Shown piece after piece: positions 1 to 12,793 of a DNA stretch of 64,000 bases. The DNA comes from Paraphysomonas bandaiensis (lineage: Eukaryota > Protista > Chrysophyceae). The stretch spans positions 59,208 through 123,207 of the forward strand of contig CBFFRP010000032.1 in assembly GCA_965644295.1 (NCBI GenBank). Direction: 5' to 3'. A program made the translations under genes and the position numbers. The notes under the pieces are model-generated. The model worked only from the letters and a program-made list of their open reading frames with translations, had not been told where the DNA came from and did no database searches. Within the stretch, counting starts at the first letter, position 1. Each line of letters opens with the position of its first letter.

Positions 1-1871
1 TTGGTGCTTTTCTCTCGAGCAGTGGTTGCCCAACAAGATGTACTGAGGGATAAAGTCTTAAAGCCAAGTGATAAATTTAAGGAAAATATCAACCAAAAAC
101 GAGGCGTGAATAATGGGCACGTGAAGCTTGTTGAAGTTGTTTCAAAGAAGCCTAAGTGCTCCTCCTCTCATGTATGTAATATAGCAAGGCGTTCAAGACC
201 ATATCCAATGACTGCGTCACCTATGTAGTTACTTTCTAGCTTATGTTTATCTTCATATATGAAGTACTTGAAGTGTATGTGACTATTGAATCTTGCTTGT
301 CTACTGTTGCAAGTATTTCACATATTCTTCTGTAAATCTTATTGTAACATAACGGTATCATATGTGCACATATTATACTATATAAATGACGAATTTATTG
401 TATTGCAAATGTGCTGACTGGATTTAATGTATTAGCGTTTTCTTTACTAATAATATTTTCTTTCCTACTTGAAGTACTTCCAGTGTCTGGACTACATTTT
501 CCTGCGTTGGGAGAGTGCTGATTTTTGTCTTTTATACACGCTACCAGAATATAGCCCTGTAGTTTACTTCTGCGTTACGTGCGTACAGAAATGAGTTACG
601 TGCGTACAACTCAACATGCAGTAGCTAAGAATAGTACAGGGTATCAATATTCAATGTACAATATAACTAGCGACTACCGGATCTATAATTATAGATGTCA
701 AGTTGAGTGTGCATGAGCTTGTGATACCATCATATAAGTATCAGGTGTCTCCTGACCGCTCCAACTACCGGCTAGAAGGTGACTCTCAAGCGTAGAACTT
801 GGAGGTAGTTACCAGGTACTCTTCATCTGCTATATGCAGTGTGATATGTTAGTTAAATATTTTATATGGAATGTGATCCAGTTGATATCATTAGAAAGCT
901 CGCGTAAATGTTTAGCAATAATACATGGATTAGAACTCTTGGGCATGTGTTTGGTGCATTTGAGAGCTCACCTTGTACATTTTATTTAGTTTTTCTTAGC
1001 GTAAGCTATTTATGTGCTCAAATTAACCGCAGCTTTGGCGATTTTTTAGAACAACAAATTGTTTATATCTTCAAGCACACCTATAACCTTCAATGATATC
1101 ATCAGTGTGTCAAAAAATATAAATGATTACTGTGCTAAATTGATATCTTTAGCGCTATGAAAAGTGGTTTTATTCCGATAATTAATTTCATAACATTTTT
1201 ATACAATTTAAAATTCTAATATGTTTATCATAGTTTCCCTACAAGAGTATCTTATCGAGATATGTACTAACTGCTGCCCATATCGTATCATGTGGAATGT
1301 GGAAGATATTTATTATTCCAGTCTACTACATCCGCTACTGCTGCAGTCATTGATTTTTAATTCCACCGAAAATAGCCTCTTTCTCTTCTTCCTCGTTCAT
1401 TGAGTATTCTATGCTCTTACGTCTACACCTATACAAACTATCGAACAGTTTAGCTCCTAATAGGACTGTATATCAATTAACTGATATTGAAAAGGTTCTG
1501 CTGATTAGAGCGCTTTTATTCGGACGATGTGTTAGCATGAAACGCTAACTGAAGTTAGCAACCAAATGGAGCTAGTATTTGAACCCGTCCATTTCATATA
1601 CTACATTGTACATATATCATATTCACATATAACATATATGACGATATATCTTAAGTCATAAGTAATGATTCTTATTTTCATAGAAACTGGTTTAGAATGT
1701 CACTTAAATGAAATTGAAAGGTAAGTAGTAGTAACATGAATATGTCGTTGACATATATCACACTAAAAGTACATGGATAGAGCCTGATATTTTAAATTAC
1801 TTATCAACACCCATGGCGCGAACTATATTGTCACATCTGGCATTTCATGTTATTCCTTACAAACAGTCAAT

Positions 1872-4162
1872 TTATTGGTGGCTCATTTGCTCTAGCTTCT
1901 CTGCAAGCCATTCGTTCTTAGTGCACTCTTCCTGGAAGTCCTTCACAGTTTTAAAATATTTCCGCTGTTCATCCACAAGCTGCATACACAGTGTCAATTA
2001 CAGATACAGTTGAACTTCTCACAGAAGCAATATTTATTCTCGTATAACTTACGTTCTGGTGGGTCGCCTTCAGCTCCTCCACTCGCTGTTCTTGTCGCTC
2101 TGCAGTGACGCATTGTCTCATCAATGAATCCTCCACCCCCTTCAATATATTCTTAAATTGTTCTAGGTATTCTGCAGAAGACTGTGGGTTTTGCATCGCC
2201 TCATCAAAGCTTCCACCAATAGAGTTTAGTAACTTGACCTGGTCAATAGTTATCAGAAAACAGTTTAACATTGTGATGTCTCAAGCACAACCTCTTTCTG
2301 CAAGAAAGAGAGCGTAGTGTCGAGTGTGTTATACAGTGAATAATACTTCTTAGTCTCGTCGAGTTTCCATGCGACCTGAAATCATGAACCACCATACTAT
2401 CAAAAAGTCCCAGAAAAAAAGAATGAATACCTGTTGGTAAAGCTCCACGAATCGGCGCTCGTATTGAATAAGTTCCGTGCGAGTGGGAACGTCATCAATA
2501 ATGCGAATATTCCTGGCGAGGTCAAGATTTGTCTGTGCAAGTAATCCTCGTAGTCTGTTGTATTTCGCCATCACCTTTCCGTGCATGTCTTCAATGTCTC
2601 GAAGCTTCTTGTCCTCATCAGAATCCTTTTCTTCTCCGCCTTCGACTGCGGCAATCATACCCTGTAGCTCCTGCATTTGAGCCTTGCACGACTCCTTAAA
2701 TGATGCTTCTTGTGCCCGCAGAGTTTCGTTAAGCGATACAAGATTCTTCAGAGTTGCCAGTTCATCCTGCTCATTCGCGGCACGTTCAAGCTGTGCAAGC
2801 TTCTCAATTTGCTGTTGAAGACGGAGGTTGTATTCAGCCGCCTCATTGCGCTCCTGCTCCAACACACGCATGCTCTCAAGAAGTGCCTGCGTAGCCCCCT
2901 TCAATTCAGCAACCTTGACTGCTGCCTGCTCCTGTTGCTTCACAAAGTTCTGCTGCTGCCTTTTGAGTGCGGCGGATTGACCAAGCTTTCCACCCGCTAA
3001 AGATTCGTCGATAGCCTTGCGAGCCTCTTCTACCTCTGCTTTGTAGGCCGCGACAGCAGACCCTATTTCACTGGACCCAAGACCAACGATCTGACCAACT
3101 GATGACCCAGATATGCCACTTCCTCCATCAGCAGAGTCGATTTGACTCATGTGCTGAAGCATCTCTGCCTGCATTTGACGGGCCTCAGCGGCGAACTGCT
3201 CCTCCTCTTTCTGTGCCTCTGTATACATGCATGAGAATACCTTACTTATCGACAGCAAAAAGCAAAAAAATCACGACAACAAAAGTCATACAATTGTCAC
3301 CTGCATGCGCCTGTGCAAGCTTCTTCTCAAAACCCGTCAGTTGGGTGCGGTTGGAGGATGCGCTTAGCTTACTCAATCCTGAGAGGGTCACGTCCGGGCT
3401 ACCACTATCCATGATATGAATCACTTTTTTTCCAGTTTCCAACATTGCGTTTTGGACAACTGATACATTTCCCTTGCTTTCTCCTTCCCCTAGTGCTTCG
3501 GTTGAAATAGCTGTTTTACTGCCCCGCCGGGTACGGGTCTGTCCATCTTCTTCCGTCTCACCAACACCAGATGCGAAAGACTCGCCATACTCAAGAAGGC
3601 ACGACCTTACCATAGTCTCCTCAGATCCGCCCATTACCTGCCGTCGCTTGAAAATTCTATTGGCTTTGTTCCGGCCTAAAATTTTAGCCAAATCTGGTGT
3701 CACTGTCCTGGGCTCAGATTCATGAGGAAACTGAAAATGTTTCGAGAATTGCAGAGTCGAAAAGGCACGTAGTTGTGCCTCTCTCTCCTCTCGACGCTCA
3801 AAAAACTTTTTCACAAGCCACACCATGACAGGATATATGGCTGGAAAGTCAGATCCGCCAACACCTCCCTGAATTTGGTGCGGTTGCAGGTCGCAAGGAC
3901 AATTCATTTTCCTGAGAGCGGTAACGATAGCCTCCGACAGAGCGATCCTCTGACCGATAGTGGAGTTCTCTTGGAATAAAATATCCACATCCACATCCTC
4001 TCCTGAGGATATAATGCACCAGCACAGGCCCCCCACCACCTTATCAAACTCACTCAGAGTGTTTATTCGAGCTCTGAAGTATCCCGCAGAGAGAAGGATC
4101 TCGATGATCTCATCATATTTCTGGCGTTGATATACCTTCTCTGTCTCAGATGTCTGATCCAT
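1872..4162 (-). CDS. CCDC93: Coiled-coil domain-containing protein 93 (CCC/Commander complex subunit), 5 exons
   Basis: N-terminus LLSAGYFRARINTLSEFDKVVGGLCW...CDLQPHQIQG and C-terminal IDDVPTRTELIQYERRFVELYQQ are CCDC93 signatures. ORFs 3242-4162, 2350-3258 and 1969-2271 join via GT-AG introns. The last exon reads LVDEQRKYFKTVKDFQEECTKNE...MSHQ* (stop at 1872). Confidence 0.92.
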
Positions 4163-5574
4163 CTATGTGCTGGGTGTATAGGGATATAGTATATGATGTG
4201 CGGGAGATATATGATACAGAGGGCCGGGCCTGTAAGCTCATCACAGCACAGGGTTGCTCTCTTGTGTCTATGTGCAGGAGTACTGCTGTATATGTCATAC
4301 ACTGCTGCCTGCTGCTGCAGAGAGAATACAGTACGTAGAACACTATATGATACGCATCTCCTGTAGGATACTGGCGTTACTCGGTACACACGTACATATG
4401 TACATATGTACCGTCTGGATGTACGCTGGGCTCCTCACCTTCAAGCCCATTGCTAGAACACACCACTCCACTGTCAGTAAACCCATGCTGACATTAAGAT
4501 ACCTAACATCTCAACGAGAGTGATCAGTGAATGGGATATAAGAGTCGGCTTATGCTCTGTGTTGTGTTGCATAAGTGGTTTAAATGATGTGTTCTTGTCA
4601 ATCAGATGATCGGATCAGTCTATATGCATCCCGGTGGTATCCTACCGATCACGTGGATGCTAGTAGAGGAGAGATGATCCAGGCAGATTTGCCACACGAG
4701 ACGAGCTAAATGAATAACGTATCAGCCCGTGATCTGTATTAAATTGGATAAACACCACCAACAGGGTCATGAACATGAAATGTGAAATCGTTGAAATATA
4801 TGAAAGATATCGATCCCTGTGGAGGAAAACACTGTCTTTCTTGATCGCATCAACGTTGGAAGGGCGCTGTAGATAAGAAGTGCCGAATACCAATGACGTT
4901 ATTTGAATGAAACCCATCATCAATTCAATGTGATAATAGTTATAGCATCTAATATACCATCACGACGAACAAAGGTTTCATTTTGCAGTGGATCTATTAC
5001 GTCACGTCCACATTCCTCTCAAATTGTCAAGATTAAGTAATATTGATTCTGTTTTTTCAAAATCTTATATTACTGAATATCAGGGTTAGAAATAAGATAT
5101 TGATATTGTACTATATATTTTTTAGTTATTGTATGAATTTCCCATAGCAAATCAAGAGTACAAAATGTGTACAGGAACAACATATATCATGTATAGCAAT
5201 ACTTTTTCTAGCCGGTCCAACAATAATGTAGCAATACGTTAATCAACATCTAAATATATGCGTGTTTTCATATTTAGTTCGAATTACTTAGCTAGATCAC
5301 ATGATTACCAAACTCACAACACTTTCAAATAAAGTAATCGGCTGTGTCTTCAACTAATAACGTACTCGAATTATGTAGGTGCGACGCATGGAAAGTATGT
5401 ACCTGTGGCACAGAGTACAACAATCTAGAAAGGAGTTAATCCGTTAATCCAGAATCCAGACAGTAGTAAAATAATAATGAGGAGTTTTTGTTGAAATATT
5501 ATTTATTTCACAGCATACGAGGAGTAAAACGCAACACAAGAAACATAAACTATTCAAATAGAAATAAGTTGAGC

Positions 5575-7938
5575 CTAAATAAGTAGCATACGTGCATCAG
5601 ACACCTTTCCACCCTTAGGAGAGTTTCGGGTCTCTTCTCGAGCGGAAGTCACAGAATCATCACCGTGCTGTTTCTTCTTCCCAAACACAAAACTGAATCT
5701 ACTTTTTCTCTTTTCGGGAGGAATAACTGGGGGGGTCGGATCTACAGCCTTCGCTGTTTCCATGACAGAGGTAGCAGATGCCCTCTTACTATCTTTGCTG
5801 TCTGTTTCTGTAGGTGAAGAAAAAGGAGGAGAAAAAGATAAACGGCGGCTTTGTGATTGCCGCGTGGGAGCCGTGTAGCTACTACTAGATTGTAATTTTG
5901 GAGCGGGAGAATCAGATAGTAGCGTCGGAACGCTACTTGATTTATGTAGAATAGGAGGTCGCGCCGGTGCGGGTTGCATGGTTACCCCATCTCTTCCTTC
6001 AAGCTGCAGAGATAGATTATACATATTCCGCGACCATTCCGCAGACTTAGCAGAAGACAGATGTTGGCCTTGGCGAAACTCTCTGCTCAGTACAGTTTGC
6101 ACGAGGCGCAACGGATGAAACGAATATTGCATACGTTGTATACGACCGATTTGTAGTAAACACCTCGAGAACAGCCTTTTTTTATCCATGTTCAACAAAT
6201 GTGGAGCATCCGATAGATACGTAGGATTTCCCTCTACAGGGTATTGGAAAAAATTATGATGTCTAATTATATATGAGAAGAGTTAACCTTCAATGCTACA
6301 AAGCTCTGCAAGATGGGCACCCAGATGTGGTACGATTCCTCCTGTCGCACGTTCACTGTCGTCTACACCGGGATTAGACATATGTCGAAATGCATTTCTT
6401 GCTGTCGCTACCCCAACTCCTGCTGAATTGCTCAACCCCTCTGAAACGAAACAGTAAGAAATCGGCAAAGTAAATAGATTAATTTTTTCTCGGGTATCTA
6501 ATTCTAGTGCAATGAATACCTTTCCACTCTTCTTCGTCCATTGCCAAAAATGCCGATCGAATGGTAAGTACTTCCCTATATTGCTGATAGTTCTTCGACG
6601 CAGCCATCAGGTTCTGAACAGAAGTCACAGTAAAGAATAGCATAAATATAACCCGCCCTGAATATGGCATACCTGTAATTTGCTTAAGTCCCTGTGCGAA
6701 GCATCATGAACAAGTTTAATGGTTTGTTTCAGTCGGGAAATACATCCTTGCTGCAGTGCTGTCAGGATGGCCATTACTCCATTAAAGTTATTAAGACTTT
6801 CTAAGTGTACAGCGATCTCTATGAAGGTCATATAAAGCTCCGCACGATGTTGTGGAGACGGCTGGTTCAAGATCGATTCAGTTACCCAGCATGACTCGGC
6901 ATTGAAACGATCGATGAATCGACGCACCTCCAGGGCTTCCCCATGGTGCCGCGGTTCAGTCCATCCACATCGATATAGAGAGTGTAATGGAATTGCCACA
7001 AAAAGGGTGTGATCCATAAGTGTCCATTGTCGTGCTAGTTCAAGAGTATCGAAAGACAAGATATCAGTTAGCGCTGGATCCGACAGTAGGTCGACACCCA
7101 AGGGTATTCGTGGCTCTGGTATATCATTATCCTCGTCACTAATGTTATCCAGCTGTGGAACTGGTGGTGGTGGTGGTTCTTCTCCGTCATCCTCATCGTC
7201 CTCATCTAGAAGGTCTTGGGTAACACCAAAAACTGCGATAGTAGGAAGTTTATCCTTCTCCCGCTCCATACTAGCCTTGCGCCTCTTCTCTTGTTTCTCA
7301 CGTTGTCGTTCTGCTAGTTGCTTCTGTTTCTTCTCCTCACTATTATCCCATGTACCCTCCACATACAACGCTTTCACTGTATTATTATTTGTTTGTGTTG
7401 GTTGGACATAGTTACATGACGATTTGGCAAGGCAAAAAACATCGTGTATTGTATCATATATCTCACAATGACTGGAACGCATGGAGGCAAGAAGTTTTTC
7501 ATCCTCGGATATAAAAATAATGAATTCTTCGAAATGGGTCTTCATATCTACGACATCACTTTTGAATAGGAAAGGGTGAAAGTATTTCAGCCATATTCTT
7601 AAGAACTCTAGGGCTCCTTTGGCAATATCTTGCTCGGAATCATCTGGAGATGAAGCAACGGTTCGAAGTATAAGAATAAAAACACGGCGAAATAAACTCT
7701 CCACAGAACAGAAAGATAACATCATTACAAATATACACTCTGATAAGTCGCTCCAGTTGTCAACTCCTCCTGGAACACTGGCTTTTAAAGTATCCGACTT
7801 GCTGAACAGAATGAATTGCGCCCGCAGGAGGTTGTTGAGGGTGGTGCCCACAATAATTTTATCGTGACTAGCAATCTGAACATTGCGCCAGTCTTCTAGT
7901 CTGATATCCAGCATACCATGCTCGTCAACAGCGTTCAT
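5575..7938 (-). CDS. Ras guanine-nucleotide exchange factor (REM + CDC25 domain), multi-exon
   Basis: CDC25 motifs LARQWTLMDH, FIDRFNAESCWV, LNNFNGVMAILTALQ...ISRLKQT, KNYQQYRE, IVPHLGAHLAELCSI and NMDKKR are spread over ORFs 6625-7938, 6479-6670, 6283-6468 and 5575-6198. Ser/Pro-rich tail. Confidence 0.88.
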
Positions 7939-8521
7939 TATACCTCTCTATCTGTCGACTATACGTCTATCTGTGTGTATATATATCTGTTACCTCTCCA
8001 TCTGATAGAATGAGAATAGATGTGGGCGTTGGAGTTAACAACAAGACACCGTGTTCTTCTATGATCCGGACCCCAGTTATCTGCCAGAACAGACACGTAT
8101 ATCTCTTACTATGGCAGGTCTATGTGTTTATTGAGGGGTGTGGAGTCTGATTGCTTGGTGTTGTTAACGAATCTCTGTACATCATCTATACATATACATA
8201 CACGGTATACGTCCTACCAGAGTACACCGTACACACTGTTCGTGTATTTCGCCTAAAAAAAATAAGATTATATGGAGAGTTGTACGTATACCAGGTATAT
8301 GACATACATATCCAGTATACCGGTATACCACGGTATACACTGTATGTTGCGATGTATGTTGTCTATGCTCTCACGCTTCTCTATATGTCTATGTATATAT
8401 ATATATATGCCCATCCATAGCAATATCGATATTCGTCCATTGTACAGTCCACGTTTCGCTACTGATCCTCTAGCTACTCTTCACCTGTTGCGCTGACCGT
8501 CTGTATATCAGCGCCGTCCAG

Positions 8522-9036
8522 ATGGTCGTGTTCATGATAGGTATTCATGTGGTGATAGATGCATGTATATATGTATGTATGTGGCTCATGAGATCATTCA
8601 GTTGGAAAGAGCGAGCCATTATATGAAGCTGAGCTAGGCTCCACAGGAAAAGATGAACTGGCGTATTTACACCAGTTCATACTTCACTCCAGTTTGGACA
8701 TGGTTGACAATGCCATGTGGAATAACAGTGCAACGTAAGTACCAATGACACCTAATCGCTACGCACCTTATTTTCGATCATACATTCAGATTTTTGCGTG
8801 TAGTTGATAGATTCAACAATTTAGCAGTATCGGCATACTGTACCCCTGGAGGGGTATATCTCCTTCTCCTTCACGAAGGAAGAAGTGAAGATGCAGTACG
8901 AGGTTTCATGACAGAAGTCCATGAGCTGTATGTTAAGCACATGCTAAACCCATTCGCTGTGTTCGATTCACCAATTTGCTCTCCTCAGTTTGATTCACAT
9001 GTACGAATGGCATCGAGGAGATTCCTGTCATTGTAG
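8522..9036 (+). CDS. TRAPPC2: TRAPP complex subunit 2 (sedlin/Trs20), 3 exons
   Basis: Spliced product MVVFMI/VGKSEPLYEAEL...YLHQFILHSSLDMVDNAMW.../LRVVDRFNNLAVSAYCTPGG...FMTEVHELYVKHMLNPF matches the sedlin family. Confidence 0.9.
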
Positions 9037-10202
9037 AATTAATTAATTTGTCGTGCGGGGTTTTATCAGCGCAACCTGCGGTGCCGCAGTAATGTGGATA
9101 GTCCCTTTAGCATTGATACTAGAGTGTGTTGTATAATACGGGGATCGTATGTGATTGTCATGATAATAATACTATTTAGTAAAAGAACTTCTTAATATCT
9201 CTTAGCCCGGTATTTCTTTCATGTTATTAGGATTCATCTTTATATAAGATAGTATATTTGAAATATAATGGTCAATGAAATATATCATGAACTGAATTAA
9301 TTATTGTATTTGTCGAAGATATTTGATCGTCAACATAACAATCGTCGTTTTCAGTTACACTTCTAACTATTCCGTAGAGGTGATAGTTATGTCTGCATTA
9401 TTATTCACTTTTCTACATTACTGTGTTCATCACTTTGTTGAGATCTGAAGATTCTATATACTTGCAATTGAGTGCAGTATTATGTGAGATGCAAGGATCG
9501 AAAGATATATATGTAATTAGTACATTATATTGTGTAGTATGAAACTGAAGTAGAAGTGGGTGACTATACAGGATACGATCACTGAGTGTGTGGTTTGTAG
9601 ACTATAGTAGTAAATGAATGGTGTTGAACACATCGAACACAACTTAGGTTCTTTATCATGTAATGTTTATAATTTCATCTTATCAGTTGAGAGTAGTAAA
9701 CCTTAGCAAATAATGTCAACTTCTGTTACACTTTACATTCTAAAAATTACAACATTCTTCTTACTATTACTAAGCTTAAATCTGCATTCATGTTACGACA
9801 GGCCACGATGACTACCTTAAACGATTTTGCGAAAAAACACTCACTGCAGAAAGTAATATAAGATCCTCATTCGTGCAGTAAATATTTTTTACTCTGAAAT
9901 GGACCCGCGAAAGTTGTATAGAATGTAGCTATTCAGGTTAGGCATCATATACGAACATAGCTTCTTCCAACTCATGAGACATTGAGGAACAAAATTAATA
10001 TTTGGTTATGAATTAAGAATCATTACAACATATATTACTTCAACTACCAACTGCCTATATCTGCCGTTCACCGAAATGAAGCCTATTGATGCAGCTAAAA
10101 TCTAACTATTTTTCTATTTCTGCACTTCGTTGGTCGGCAGTTGCTGCAAAAAACTACAGTAAAATATTAGGATGATAGATGAATAAGCGGGGACGATGAG
10201 AT

Positions 10203-12242
10203 TCACGAGTGGCAAGAAACCTTCTGTGCGTGCTCATTGATTTTGGCGTCCAGGATAGAGTTGAATAAATCCTTGGATAGATGCTGCTCTGGTGACAGCA
10301 TCATAGCATACTGCAAAGCTATCGCAAGTTTAGCTATTTCTCGTCCAGAGAAACCTTCGGTTCTTTTGGCAACGCTCTTTGTGAAATCGTCGGAGAGACA
10401 CTCCTTGTCTACGGTGTATGTCTTGGTAGAACCGACACCGTTCCAAAGCCTTTTCAGGAAGGATGAACCTGTGGTGGTAACAGATTCCTCCACGACTGTG
10501 CGCATATAAAGCTTAATTAGATCGAATCGCTGCGGCAGTGCTGGAAGTCCAATGATCATGGACACATCCAACCGGTCCAGGATAGCGCTGTCGAGTTCCT
10601 CAGGCCTATTAGTAGCCAAAACCAGCATGAATTGGTTAGAGTGTGTACCTGTCTGATACAGCAGCGCATTGAGAGCATGTCTTATATGGGCATTGTCGGA
10701 AGAGGCTTGTCGCTCTCTGGCACCAAGGAAAGCTTCAGATTCGTCTATGAAGAGCAGTAGACCACGCTGACTACGGGATGCCCAACGAAATAGGGCGTGA
10801 AGCTGGTTGACAGCATCCTCTCCAAGAGGACCGATATCTCCTCCAGACATTACGGCATAGTCCATCCCAGATGATTCCGCCAGTTTCCTCGCAATAAGCG
10901 TCTTTCCAGTTCCGGGTGGACCATATAGAAGAACATGCCTGTATGATGCACCCAAGCGTTTAGTATTGCGGGTTGCAAGGGTAAGCTGTACAACACGTTC
11001 CATATCTTCCTGGCAGAGAACGACATCGCTAAAGCACATAGCCACCTCGTCCTTCTCTTGTGACACACTCTTGCCCGTACCTGACCACAAACCCAGTGCA
11101 CGTAACAGCGACCAAGAATAGGACGTCTCCCGCACGAGCATGGGTCTACCAAATCGCGACTGTATTAGCTGTCGACAAGACACTGCGGCCTCCCGAGCTG
11201 CGTAGTAGAGCATTACGGCGGCAGCTACAAGTCCCAGAAGTAAAAATAGTTCACGAGGGTGAGTCACCAAATCTGTTACAAGCAGACCCGCCTGTGTGTA
11301 GAGAACCTTAGCGTTGTCCATAAATCGCTGGGCATCTAATGCAGATTGCAAGTGCAGCTTCCTAATCGTGATGTCCTCATTCTTACGCTCGAGATCTGCC
11401 TTTGCCTGCATCTCAGCTCGAATTTTTTCCTCCTGGAATCTTGCTCTTTCTTCTTCCAAATCCCTATCAAATTCTATCCTTTGTTGCTGCAACTTCTCCT
11501 CAGTTTCTCTGCGCAAAAGCTCTCTCTGAACCACCAACTCCCTCTCAAACTCAACAGATTCCTGTAGACGTCGCCTCTGGAATTCTTCTTCTCGAGATAT
11601 GCGCAGATTGAGCAACTCAACTTGGTACTTAAACACTGCTCGCTCCTCCTCCACTTCGGCCGCCATGCGCTCCCGTTCGAGCTCTGCTTGTTCCTCTTCA
11701 AGAAGTGCTTCCCGCTCGATGAGCTCTTTTTGCACAAGAGCAAGCCTTTGCTCTTCGATTACTTGCTGGTCGGCCTCTTTCGCAAGCCGCCGCTCTATCT
11801 CCTCAAAAACTAATCGCTGATCACTGCCACTATTACGCAAATCCGCAGCCAATTGTTCCAATGCTTCGTAGCTCAATGCCAGTTCTTGCACAGCAGCAAA
11901 ACTATGCATGAACAAAACATTTTTGTCGACAATGGGAAAATTTTTAATGCTTATACTGTCACCCTTTCTGTCCCTGTTCGGTACTGTATGATGAGGGATC
12001 ACATCCACACTGTCAGGAAAAAAACGCTCTGCGTCATATCCAAGTACCCCCATATGGGTTCTTCCCTGTACGCTGTCATACTTCAGTTCATATACTTTTA
12101 TAGGGACATTTTTAATTTTGATCAATGACTCCGTGCAATTCGCGAGATTGACGTCCGTATATAGCACAGATTCGTGTTGAGAGTGGACTGAAATAATATA
12201 AAACTGAAGTAATGAAAGAATCCATATATTGATAGCCATCAT
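10203..12242 (-). CDS. ATAD3-like AAA ATPase with N-terminal signal-like peptide and peptidase-S74/MYRF ICA-like domain
   Basis: Walker A LLYGPPGTGKT, GMDYAVMSGGD, LLLFIDESEAFL, LNALLYQTG and LATNRPEELDSAILDR, with an upstream coiled coil and TM segment, match ATAD3. First ATG at 12242 (MMAINIWILSLLQFYIISVHS). N-terminal about 110 aa resemble the MYRF ICA domain. Confidence 0.85.
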   Translation of the reverse strand: MMAINIWILSLLQFYIISVHSQHESVLYTDVNLANCTESLIKIKNVPIKVYELKYDSVQGRTHMGVLGYDAERFFPDSVDVIPHHTVPNRDRKGDSISIKNFPIVDKNVLFMHSFAAVQELALSYEALEQLAADLRNSGSDQRLVFEEIERRLAKEADQQVIEEQRLALVQKELIEREALLEEEQAELERERMAAEVEEERAVFKYQVELLNLRISREEEFQRRRLQESVEFERELVVQRELLRRETEEKLQQQRIEFDRDLEEERARFQEEKIRAEMQAKADLERKNEDITIRKLHLQSALDAQRFMDNAKVLYTQAGLLVTDLVTHPRELFLLLGLVAAAVMLYYAAREAAVSCRQLIQSRFGRPMLVRETSYSWSLLRALGLWSGTGKSVSQEKDEVAMCFSDVVLCQEDMERVVQLTLATRNTKRLGASYRHVLLYGPPGTGKTLIARKLAESSGMDYAVMSGGDIGPLGEDAVNQLHALFRWASRSQRGLLLFIDESEAFLGARERQASSDNAHIRHALNALLYQTGTHSNQFMLVLATNRPEELDSAILDRLDVSMIIGLPALPQRFDLIKLYMRTVVEESVTTTGSSFLKRLWNGVGSTKTYTVDKECLSDDFTKSVAKRTEGFSGREIAKLAIALQYAMMLSPEQHLSKDLFNSILDAKINEHAQKVSCHS

Positions 12243-12793
12243 ATGAATTCGAGTGGCAGCTGAACCGATGCAAAAGATCAATTAATTATCCCGTTGAACT
12301 GCTGAATCAATGCAATACACCTGCCAGCTGATGACTATATAGAATGGAAGGAAGCATAACACACACAGTCCTCACCACAGCACAACGGAAATTGTTATAT
12401 GTTTCTTCATACCGTATATTCTGGACCTAGTTTTCCTAGTTTTCCGTTGTCAGCTGACATAAAAGTCGCTGTTTCTACAGAAAACGACTTTTGCCAAAAG
12501 TGGAGGCAGATACAGCAGTATGCTGCTGCCAAGCTATAAAGTCCACAGCAGAATACAGTATACGAAGTATGCTGCAACATCTACAGAGTACATACACACA
12601 TATCCAGCAGTCCAAACATACAGTACATACTGTACATGTACTCTGCTCATGTCAGTCACGGTATGGTGCAATCCTCTGCAAGGCTCAACTAAGAATATAC
12701 ATACATACATACCGGCCACATACAATTGTTAGTGACCCGTCTGTAATAGTCTCCCTATAGTGCACTACTATATAATAGCTACCCTATAGACGT

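Noticed and set aside
1-1403. Short ORFs and a GTTACGTGCGTACA direct repeat (about 574-608) resembling a motif in the Copia LTR
   Set aside because: No domain signal, and similarity is limited to about 11 bp, too little to call a solo LTR.
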